A stretch of DNA of 28,145 nt, taken from assembly GCA_903930165.1 (NCBI GenBank), contig CAIYXO010000575.1:1-28145 (forward strand). Direction: 5' to 3'. The position numbers were made by a program, and so were the translations under genes. The stretch comes from an uncultured Verrucomicrobiota bacterium (GTDB lineage Bacteria > Verrucomicrobiota > Verrucomicrobiia > Limisphaerales > UBA9464). Of the stretch, positions 7,387 to 15,681 are shown piece by piece (the first letter of the stretch is position 1; each line of letters opens with the position of its first letter). The notes under the pieces are model-generated. The model worked only from the letters and a program-made list of their open reading frames with translations, did not search any database and was not told the DNA's origin.

Positions 7387-8175
7387 GTGAAGACCTGGAT
7401 CCCACCGGAACGATTCCTCCCCTACCTGACCTGGAAGCAGGTGGACGCCCTGCCGCGGGACCGCACGCTGCTGGTGCTGCCGACGGCGGCGATCGAGCAG
7501 CACGGCCACCACCTGCCGCTCGCGACCGACACGCTGCTCAACAACCTGCTCCTGGGCCATGCGTTGAGAAAGGTGCCGGCGGACCTGCCGATCTACGCCT
7601 TGGCGCCGGTGTGCTACGGCAAGAGCAACGAGCACGTGGGTTTCCCGGGGACGCTGAGCGTGGGGCGGGACACTTTCGCCGCGGTGCTGAGGGACCTCGC
7701 GCGCAGCCTCGTGGCGGCGGGCTTCAAGCGGCTGGTCTTCTTCAACAGCCACGGCGGGAACCATTCCCTGCTCGACGTGATGGCACGGGACCTCCGGGAC
7801 GAGTTCGGGATGCGGACGTTCTGCCTCTTCGGAGGAGGCGCGGCGAGCGGACTCGACCCGCAGGAGGCCGCGTATGGCTTCCACGCCGGCGAGGTCGAGA
7901 CGTCGCTGCTGCTCCATGCCACGCCCGAGCTCGTCCACACGGACCGGTACACCGTGAACTACATCGCCCGTCTCGGCGACCCGGGCGTGCTCAAGCCCGA
8001 GTTCGCCTCGGCCACCTTCTCCTGGCTCACCCGGGACATCGCGCCGAGCGGCGTGATGGGCGACCCCACGCCGTCCTCCGCGGAAAAGGGCGAACGTTGG
8101 TGCGACGAGATGAGCTCCCGCGTCGCCGCGGCGCTGCAGGAGATGTATGCCTTCCGCGAGATCCTCGAACGCTGA
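7387..8175 (+). CDS. Creatininase-family amidohydrolase (creatininase/ArfB/MftE family)
   Basis: 262 aa, GTG start, with family metal motifs IEQHGHHLPLATD, SNEHVGFPGTLS, NSHGGN, HAGEVETS and GVMGDP. Confidence 0.9.
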   Translation: MKTWIPPERFLPYLTWKQVDALPRDRTLLVLPTAAIEQHGHHLPLATDTLLNNLLLGHALRKVPADLPIYALAPVCYGKSNEHVGFPGTLSVGRDTFAAVLRDLARSLVAAGFKRLVFFNSHGGNHSLLDVMARDLRDEFGMRTFCLFGGGAASGLDPQEAAYGFHAGEVETSLLLHATPELVHTDRYTVNYIARLGDPGVLKPEFASATFSWLTRDIAPSGVMGDPTPSSAEKGERWCDEMSSRVAAALQEMYAFREILER

Positions 8176-8236
8176 CCGGCGGCCTCGGCGCCCGCCGACC
8201 GTCCGACGCCGAACGCAGTCCGCGTCCGGAACGTGC

Positions 8237-9943
8237 GTGGACCTCGGCGACGGCGTGACGGTGGAACGCGGCGTCCGCCTGCGCCTGCCCGACGGCACCG
8301 AGCTGGTCTCCGACCACTACCGGCCCGCCGCCGGCGGACCGCTGCCGACCCTGCTCGTGCGCCAGCCCTATGGACGCGCGGTGGCCACGACGGTGGTGTA
8401 CGCCCAGCCCAACTGGTTCGCGGCCCGGGGATACAACGTCGTGATCCAGGACGTCCGCGGACGCGGCGACAGCACGGGCCGCTTCGTCCCGTTCGTCCAC
8501 GAGGGCGCCGACGGGGCGGCCACGATCGACTGGCTGGCGGGACGTCCCGAGTGCGACGGGCGCGTGGGCATGTACGGCTTCAGCTATCAGGGGATGACCC
8601 AGCTGCTGGCGGCCGCGGAGCAGCCGGAGGCCCTGCGATGCATCTCCCCGGCGCAGACCGCGGGCGACCTCCACGACGGCTGGTTCTACCACCATGGGGC
8701 CTTCCGGCTCGCCTCGGGAATGAGTTGGGCCGCGCAGATGCTGAAGGCGGACGCCCGACGCCTGCGGCTACGCAAGGCCAGCGACGCCCTCGAGTGCGCG
8801 TGGACGAACCTCGGGGCGTTGTATGCGTCCACGCCCTACGGCCGGGCGCCGGTCCTCACGGCGCGCGGACTTCCCCGATACGCCCGCGACTGGATGGAGC
8901 ACCGCGAACCGGGTCCGTTCTGGAGGCGGCAGGACATCTCCGGACGCGAGTCCAGCATCCGGGTGCCGGCGCTGCACGTCTGGGGCTGGTTCGACACCTA
9001 CCTGCATGGAAGCGAACTGCTCTACCGCGCGCTCTGTGAAGGGGCGGATCCGGCGGTGCGCGGAAGCCAATACCTGGTCGCTGGACCCTGGACGCACATC
9101 CCCTGGGGCCGACACGCGGGAGAGGCGGACCACGGCGCGGCCGCGGAGCTGGACACGGACGCGATCCTGCTGCGGTGGTTCAACCACTGGCTGAAGGGCT
9201 CGGGCGAGTTCGATGCCGAGCCCCGGGTCCGGTCGTTCGTCCTCGGCGAGAACCGCTGGCAGTCGGCCGACCACTGGCCCTTCGACGGGAAGGGGTGCAC
9301 GGAGTCGACCCTGTTCCTCGGTTCCGGAGGACGGGCGAACTCCACCCGCGGCGACGGGGTGCTGGCCGCCACGCCGTCGCCGGAAGGGACGCCGCGCGAC
9401 CAGTTCGTGTACGAGCCCGAGGTGCCGGTCGGCGGACCGGGTCCGGGCGGTGCGTCGGGCTGCTTCAACCAGTCCCGGGCCGACGCGATGAACAACGTGC
9501 TCGTCTACACGGGACCGGTGCTCGACCGGCCGGTCCATGTGCGTGGATGTCCACGCGTGCGCCTCTTCGCCACCAGCCGTCTCGGACACGCGGACCTCTT
9601 CGCGAAGCTGGTCCGGGTGCGGACGGACGGACGTTCCGAGAACGTGACCCACGGGATCGCGCGCAGCGACCGCCTCTTCGGCGGAAAGGCGGGTGTGTTC
9701 CGGGCGGACACGGTGATGGAGTGGGCGTTCCCGCTGGAGCCCACGGACTGCGTGTTCGGGCCGGGCGAACGCATCCGCCTGACCGTCGCCGGCAGCGCCT
9801 TTCCGCTCTACTACCGCAATCCCGGCTCCGAAGTCCCGCCGCACCGGGCCACTTCCTGGGACTGGCTCCAGAACCAGCAGCAGATCGTCCATGACGCGGT
9901 CCACCCCTCGGCCCTTTCGATGCCCACCGTGAGCGGACCATGA
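8237..9943 (+). CDS. CocE/NonD-family alpha/beta serine hydrolase
   Basis: Motifs RQPYG, QDVRGRGDS.G, nucleophile GMYGFSYQG, GWFD, GPWTH and a C-terminal PepX-like beta domain (VLVYT...RIRLTVAGSAFP). In-frame GTG at 8237 chosen; ATG 8147 is an alternative that overlaps the upstream gene. Confidence 0.9.
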   Translation: MDLGDGVTVERGVRLRLPDGTELVSDHYRPAAGGPLPTLLVRQPYGRAVATTVVYAQPNWFAARGYNVVIQDVRGRGDSTGRFVPFVHEGADGAATIDWLAGRPECDGRVGMYGFSYQGMTQLLAAAEQPEALRCISPAQTAGDLHDGWFYHHGAFRLASGMSWAAQMLKADARRLRLRKASDALECAWTNLGALYASTPYGRAPVLTARGLPRYARDWMEHREPGPFWRRQDISGRESSIRVPALHVWGWFDTYLHGSELLYRALCEGADPAVRGSQYLVAGPWTHIPWGRHAGEADHGAAAELDTDAILLRWFNHWLKGSGEFDAEPRVRSFVLGENRWQSADHWPFDGKGCTESTLFLGSGGRANSTRGDGVLAATPSPEGTPRDQFVYEPEVPVGGPGPGGASGCFNQSRADAMNNVLVYTGPVLDRPVHVRGCPRVRLFATSRLGHADLFAKLVRVRTDGRSENVTHGIARSDRLFGGKAGVFRADTVMEWAFPLEPTDCVFGPGERIRLTVAGSAFPLYYRNPGSEVPPHRATSWDWLQNQQQIVHDAVHPSALSMPTVSGP

Positions 9944-10725
9944 AGAACACCGACACCGGACAACCGCCGTTCATCACGCTCGGGGACGTGACCAAGCGCT
10001 GGTCCAACGGCGTGACCGTGCTCGACGGCATCCGGCTCGACGCGGAACGGGGCGACTTCATTTCCCTGATCGGGCCGAGCGGGTGCGGCAAGTCGACGCT
10101 GCTGCGGCTGCTGTCCGGGCTCACGCCGATCAGCGACGGCACGGTGACCATCGACGGCATGGCGCCGGTCGCCGCGCGGGAGATCATGTCGTTCATCTTC
10201 CAGGATGCGACGCTCCTGCCTTGGCGGACGGTTCAGGGCAACGTGGAGCTGGGTCTTGAACTGGCCGGCAACACCACCGCCGCGGCGCGGCGCGAGGCCT
10301 GCGGGGGGCTGCTTCGGCTGGTGGGGCTTTCGGACGTGGCCGGGCACTATCCGCGGCAGCTCAGCGGCGGCATGAAGATGCGCGTCTCGATCGCGCGGGC
10401 GCTGGCGACACGTCCGAAGCTGCTGCTGATGGACGAGCCCTTCGGCGCGCTCGACGAGATGACCCGGGACTTCCTCAACGAGGAGGTGCTGCGGCTGCGC
10501 GAGGTGGACCGGTTCACGACTTTCTTCGTCACCCACAGCGTCGCGGAGGCGGTGTTCCTCTCGACGCGGATCCTGGTGATGAGCGCCAAGCCCGGGCGCG
10601 TCGCCCGGGAGATCGCCGTCCCGTTCCCGTTTCCCCGCACCTCGGCGCTGCGGAGCGCCCCGGAGTTTCTGGAACGGGTGGGTGAGGTCAGCGCCGCGTT
10701 GCGCACCGTGAAGGGAGCCCATTGA
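9940..10725 (+). CDS. ABC transporter ATP-binding protein, NitT/TauT family
   Basis: Walker A GPSGCGKST, Q-loop FQD, signature LSGGMKMR, Walker B LLMDEPF, and VTHSVAEA. ATGA overlap with the CocE stop codon. Confidence 0.95.
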   Translation: MKNTDTGQPPFITLGDVTKRWSNGVTVLDGIRLDAERGDFISLIGPSGCGKSTLLRLLSGLTPISDGTVTIDGMAPVAAREIMSFIFQDATLLPWRTVQGNVELGLELAGNTTAAARREACGGLLRLVGLSDVAGHYPRQLSGGMKMRVSIARALATRPKLLLMDEPFGALDEMTRDFLNEEVLRLREVDRFTTFFVTHSVAEAVFLSTRILVMSAKPGRVAREIAVPFPFPRTSALRSAPEFLERVGEVSAALRTVKGAH

Positions 10726-10744
10726 AAACCCGAAGCAGGACCCC

Positions 10745-11536
10745 ATGAGGAAGATGTTCAAGGAGGCCTTGTGGCCCGCCGCGGTGTTCCTGGCCGTGCT
10801 CGCGCTCTGGCAGGGGGCCTGCACCGTGTTCAGGATACCGCCCTACGTGCTGCCGTCGCCCCCACAGGTCTTCGCGACGGTGGTGGAACGCCACGCGAGC
10901 CTCGTCGCCGCCTTCCGCATCACCGCCGTCGAGGCCGTCGGCGGCTACCTCATGAGCATCGTCGTCGGAGTCCTCGTCGCGCTCGTCTTCGCCCAGAGCC
11001 CGGTGGTGCGACGCTCCCTGTTCCCCTACACCATCCTGCTCCAGACCGTGCCCATCGTGGCCGTCGCGCCGCTCATCCTGATGTGGTTCAAGTCGGGCGC
11101 CTCGAGCGTGATGCTGGTGGCGTTCATCATCTGCGTCTTCCCGATCATCGCCAACACGACCCAGGGGCTGATCAGCGTGCCGCGCAACCTCGTGGACCTC
11201 TTCGCCATGGCGAACGCCTCCCGCGCCAGCCAACTGCTGAAGCTCCGGCTTCCCCACGCCCTGCCGTCGTTGTTCGTCGGACTGCGCATCTCGGCCGGGC
11301 TCTCGGTCATCGGGGCGATCACCGGCGAGCTGTTCGCCAGCTCCAACGCGGTCGGCGAGGGCGGCCTCGGCTACTCGATCACCTACGCCAACAGCCAGCT
11401 CCAGACCGACTACCTCTTCGCGCTGGTCATCACCACCAGCGTGATGGGCTGCCTCTTCTTCTTCACCGTCACCGGGCTCGAATGGCTCTGCCTCCGCCAT
11501 TGGCACGAGTCCGCGATGAAGGTGGATGCGGACTGA
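10745..11536 (+). CDS. ABC transporter permease, NitT/TauT family
   Basis: 263 aa with about six hydrophobic segments and an EAA-like loop DLFAMANASRASQLLKLRLPHALP. Confidence 0.92.
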   Translation: MRKMFKEALWPAAVFLAVLALWQGACTVFRIPPYVLPSPPQVFATVVERHASLVAAFRITAVEAVGGYLMSIVVGVLVALVFAQSPVVRRSLFPYTILLQTVPIVAVAPLILMWFKSGASSVMLVAFIICVFPIIANTTQGLISVPRNLVDLFAMANASRASQLLKLRLPHALPSLFVGLRISAGLSVIGAITGELFASSNAVGEGGLGYSITYANSQLQTDYLFALVITTSVMGCLFFFTVTGLEWLCLRHWHESAMKVDAD

Positions 11537-11540
11537 ACCC

Positions 11541-12554
11541 ATGAATCTCCCACGCCTCCGCCTCCGCACGGCCGCGCTGCTGCCGTCGCTGTTGCTCGCC
11601 CTGGCCGCCTCCCTCCGTGGCCTCGGCGCGCAGCCGGCTTCCAAGGTCGAACCGGCTTCCGCACCGGTGCCGGTCACCTTCCAGCTCGACTGGAAACCCA
11701 ACGCCCAGTTCGCGGGCATCCTCCTCGCCAAGGAGCGCGGATGGTATCGCGAGGCCGGAATCGACCTCTCTGTGAGACCCATCCCGCCGGACGAATCCGT
11801 CGTCCGGAGCGTGGTCACCAACCGCCTCTGGCTCGGCTGCGCCGAGAGCGGCGTCCTCCTGCCGGCCCGCGCCCGCGGTGAACCGGTCCGGGTCGTCGGC
11901 ACCATGCTCCAGGGATCCCCGATGTGCCTGATCAGCCTCAGCCCAGCCCGGCTCCGGAAGCCGGCGGACCTGCGCGGACGACGCATCGGCGTCCATGCGG
12001 ACGGCAACGACGCGATCGACTTCGTGCTGCGTCCCGCCGGATTGGACCGGACCACGGTACGGGTGGAGGTGATGCCCTACGACACCACGCCGCTGTTGGA
12101 CGGCCGCTTCGACGCCGTGCAGGGCTATTCCGTGGACGAGGCGATCGAGCTGCGTCTGGCCGGCCATCCCATCGACCTGATGTTCTTCCACGACCACGGC
12201 TACGCGGCCTATGCGCAGGTCTACTTCACCTCCGAGGCGATGCTGGCCGAGCGGCCGGACCTGGTGCGGCGGTTCCTCGAGGTGTCCGCGCGCGGATGGA
12301 AGGCGGCCGCCCGCGAGCGGGATGCAGCGGTCTCGGTCATCCTGGCCGGTGGGATCCGCGACACGGACCGGGTACACCAGCGGAAGGCGCTCGACGCGCT
12401 GGTTCCGCTCCTGACCCGCGAAGGCGGCCGCAACAGCCATGGGCGCATGCGGAGGGCGACCTGGGAGAAGGCTGTGGACGAGTTCAATTCGCTCCCGACG
12501 GCGGCGCGGAAGATCACGGTGGAAGAGCTGGTAAGCTTCGACTTCCAGCGCTGA
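11541..12554 (+). CDS. ABC transporter substrate-binding protein, NMT1/THI5 (ThiY-like) family
   Basis: Sec-type signal, then FQLDWKPNAQFAGILLAKERGWY, QGSPMCLIS and DAVQGYSVDE segments. ATG 11541 lies 4 nt after the permease stop; the track start is 11526. Confidence 0.88.
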   Translation: MNLPRLRLRTAALLPSLLLALAASLRGLGAQPASKVEPASAPVPVTFQLDWKPNAQFAGILLAKERGWYREAGIDLSVRPIPPDESVVRSVVTNRLWLGCAESGVLLPARARGEPVRVVGTMLQGSPMCLISLSPARLRKPADLRGRRIGVHADGNDAIDFVLRPAGLDRTTVRVEVMPYDTTPLLDGRFDAVQGYSVDEAIELRLAGHPIDLMFFHDHGYAAYAQVYFTSEAMLAERPDLVRRFLEVSARGWKAAARERDAAVSVILAGGIRDTDRVHQRKALDALVPLLTREGGRNSHGRMRRATWEKAVDEFNSLPTAARKITVEELVSFDFQR

Positions 12555-12715
12555 GCCGCAATGCCGCCTGGGGGGAGGAAACCGCTGGTGAGCCGCGGCG
12601 ACCTACGGGGAATCGGCCATCAAGGATCAGGAATCACGAAAATCCGGACGGCTTTGCGCATTTGCGTGAAGTCGGTCTTCGCTCCAACGGGATCGCAACG
12701 GCCAAGGACGACGGT

Positions 12716-13937
12716 TCAGGGCCGACGGGCGCAGGACTCGGTGAAGTCCACCGCCCGCGCCGCGACGGAGCGCCAGTCCAGTTCCCGGGCCACCCGCGCG
12801 GACGCCGCGAGTCCCCACGAGCGGCGGGTTCCCCGGGGGAGGTCCAGCGTTTGCAGCAGCACGCGGGCGAAGTCGGCGCCGTCCCACCCGGAGAACCGCA
12901 GGGCCGGTTCGCCGGCGAAGTAGCGACCCAGGTTCTCGAGCGGCGTGCTGACGCAGGGGATGCCGCATCCGAGGTATTCCACCGCCTTCGCGACGAACGC
13001 GCAGTGGACCCCCTGCGAGGCCTCGTAGGGCACGATCCCGACGGTCGCCGACCGGAGTTCCCGGGCCACCTCGGCATACGGGACGAATCCCGTGGTCTCC
13101 AGCCGCACGCCGGGGGGCCGCCAACCGGACATCCGCGACGAAACGCGCCAGCGCCGGCGTCTCCCGTCCCACGAACCGGAAACGCACCTCGGGTCGGGCG
13201 GCGTGCACACCCAACACCGCCTGGCGGCCGATGGGACCCAGATGATGCTGGTCGAAGGAGCCGTGCATGACGACCACAGGCGCGGGATCGACGTCGGGGG
13301 AATCCTCCTCGGCCGGGGTGAAGAGGCGGGAATCGTACCCGTACTGGATCGCGCACACCTTGGACGCCGGATAGCCGGTGGCGACGAACCTCTCGGCGAG
13401 CGGCGTGGAGACGGTCATCACGCCTTCCGCCTGGAGCCTCCGCGGCATGGACATCTCAAACCGGTTCAACGCCGGCACGAAACCGGTCCGCGTGAAGATC
13501 GCGGGCCACGTCTCCATGAAGCCGGTGAGGTAGTCGAGGAAGTTGAGCACGATCGGGACGCCCCAGCGCCTGCGCAGGCTGCCGGCGGCGACGCCGGAGA
13601 TCGTGTGCTGGGCGAGGACCACGTCAAAGCGGCCCGAGCCGGCGGAGGTGCGTTCCAGTCCGCGGCGGACCCGCTCGGCGTGGCGTGTCAGCGCGGCCGG
13701 GTAGAGGAGGTACTTGAGGTTGCGCAGGCGCGTGTAGCGTCCCATCTCCCAGAGGGTGAACGGGTGGACCACCACGCCGAACCGGCGGGCGACCGCGGCG
13801 GAGTCGGCGAAGTCGGGACACAGGAGGTGGACCTCGTGTCCGCGACGGACGAACTCCTCCACGAGGTAGGGCGCCTCGGCGGAGCCGCCCCCGCTGGGCG
13901 GATGGAAGGGCTCATGGGTCAGGAACGCGACGCGCAT
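12716..13937 (-). pseudogene. Glycosyltransferase family 4 (GT-B fold), frameshifted at a C6 run (13112-13117); either a true pseudogene or a sequence error
   Basis: The N-domain (MRVAFLTHEPFHPPSGGGS...RRGHEVHLL) reads to ...VRLAAP. The C-domain (GVRLETTGFVPYAEV...AKAVEYLGCGIPCVST...LDWRSVA) is in another frame ending at 12716. Deleting one C gives one 406-aa ORF. Confidence 0.85.
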
Positions 13938-13980
13938 GGCGGAGAGGGATCCTGGGCTGGTCGGGGCTGCCGGTTCCGGA

Positions 13981-15123
13981 TCAGGCCTGTTCCCGCAGGA
14001 AGCGGGTGAGGATGGCCGACGCCTTCTCGAGGGACTTCACCTCCACCCATTCGTCCTCGGTGTGGGCCTGGGCGATGTCCCCGGGACCGAACACGACCGC
14101 GGGCGTCCCCGCCGCGGAAAGCGGGGCGGCGTCGGTGAAGTAGTGGACGCCGATGGTCTTCCGGCGGCCGGCGGCGCGGGTCAGCGCGGCCACCAGCGGC
14201 AGTTCCGGGTCGGTGTCGAGCGGTTCGCACGGGGCGGTCCGGAGGTTGTCGAAGCCCGCCTTCAGGCGGTGCCGACGCAGCAGGGCCGTGATCTCCCGAC
14301 GGACACCGGCCTCGGTCTCGCCCGGCAGGGTGCGCCGGTCGATGGCGATGACGCAGTCCGCCGGCACGATGTTGGGCTGCCGTCCGCCGGCGATGCGCCC
14401 GACGTTGACCGTGGGGCGGCCGAGCCTGGGATGCGGCTTCCGCGAGGCGAGTTCCTTGGCGTAGTCCTCCTCGAGGGCGAGGACGATGCGGGCCATGTCG
14501 GCGACGGCGTTGCGCCCGAGATGGGGCGTCGCTCCGTGGGCCGCCCGGCCCACGGAACGGAGCTGCAGCCAGACGTCCCCCTTGTGGGCCGTGACCACCT
14601 CGAGTCCGGTCGGCTCGCCGACGATCGCGAGGTCCGCCCGTCCGCCCGTGCGCGCGAAATGGCGTGAGCCGAGCTGCATGTTCTCCTCGTCGGCGAGGCC
14701 GATGAAGACGATCTCGGTGTCGCGCGGCCTCAGGCCGGAGGCGGCGAGGTCCAGGAGCGCCTGGAAGTAGGCGGCCACGGAGCCCTTGGTGTCGCAGGCA
14801 CCACGTCCGTGGACACGGCCTCCGGCGACACGCGGACGAAGCTGCCCGGACAGGGCGGGCTCGCCGACGGTGTCGAGGTGGGGCGCGAGGAAGAGGCGGC
14901 GGCGTGGACGGCCGGCGGGGACCATCCGCACGACGAGGTTCTCGCGGCCCGGGGCGACCGTCTGCCGTTCAACCTCCAGGCCCGCCTTGGTGGCGAGGTC
15001 GGCGAGGTGTGCGGCCACCCGGTGTTCGCCCGTTAGTTCCGGATCCGGGAGGAAGGCGGGATTGACGCTCGGCAGGGCGATGAGGTCGCAGAGCAGACGG
15101 ACAATGGGAGCCGGTGCAGGCAC
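13981..15123 (-). CDS. M20 family metallohydrolase, ArgE/DapE-like
   Basis: Motifs LIALPSVNP, APHLDTV, GRGACDTKG, ADEE, GEPT, HKG and GPGDIAQAHTEDEWV. GTG at 15123 chosen; ATG 15228 is the track start. Confidence 0.88.
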   Translation of the reverse strand: MPAPAPIVRLLCDLIALPSVNPAFLPDPELTGEHRVAAHLADLATKAGLEVERQTVAPGRENLVVRMVPAGRPRRRLFLAPHLDTVGEPALSGQLRPRVAGGRVHGRGACDTKGSVAAYFQALLDLAASGLRPRDTEIVFIGLADEENMQLGSRHFARTGGRADLAIVGEPTGLEVVTAHKGDVWLQLRSVGRAAHGATPHLGRNAVADMARIVLALEEDYAKELASRKPHPRLGRPTVNVGRIAGGRQPNIVPADCVIAIDRRTLPGETEAGVRREITALLRRHRLKAGFDNLRTAPCEPLDTDPELPLVAALTRAAGRRKTIGVHYFTDAAPLSAAGTPAVVFGPGDIAQAHTEDEWVEVKSLEKASAILTRFLREQA

Positions 15124-15234
15124 GATGGCGGAACCATACACCGGCCCATGGACAATTCGAATCCGGAAACGGGAAATGCTCCGGGAACCGACCGCGGGAA
15201 CGGAGGGAACACGCCGGAAACCCGACATCCACCA

Positions 15235-15504
15235 TCACGAGCCGCCGACCAACCGACGAACCTTGCGGAAAAACCGGCCGACGACTCCCGTGGAATACTC
15301 CGGACGGCCGACGAGGTCCTGTCCGCCGTCGGCCGAGCCGCGGCCGGTGGAACGTCCACAGTGGGGACACCGGGTGTAATAGCGCGCAACCGGATCGCCA
15401 CAGGCCCGACACACACGGAACAAATCTCGACCACACTGCTGGCAGTTCCGGCAGTCCAACGGATTGAGCGCCTCGCAGTGGTCGCAAAGGATGGCGTTGG
15501 GCAT
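15235..15504 (-). CDS. Small double-zinc-ribbon (DZR-like) protein
   Basis: 89 aa with four CxxC pairs (CDHC, CQQC, CRAC, CPHC) plus an extra Cys, and a basic/amphipathic tail. It lies in an intergenic gap, co-oriented with its neighbours. Confidence 0.7.
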   Translation of the reverse strand: MPNAILCDHCEALNPLDCRNCQQCGRDLFRVCRACGDPVARYYTRCPHCGRSTGRGSADGGQDLVGRPEYSTGVVGRFFRKVRRLVGGS

Positions 15505-15681
15505 GGCGGTCGGGACTTCCTTGGCCCGGCGGGATCAATATCCGCGGAGGTGAAATGGACCCAGACGCGGTTCCGCAGACTGGATCATTTACCGGGGTTG
15601 ACAGCACCCTCTCGCAGCGGGCTTCCCGTTGCCAGAAGTAATTTCCCCGGCTCATTCAGGCCGAGTGCCGTGGGGCCGGAC

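Noticed and set aside
15598-15603. Perfect -35 hexamer TTGACA on the plus strand
   Set aside because: There is no -10 element at a usable distance and no plus-strand gene downstream to drive.
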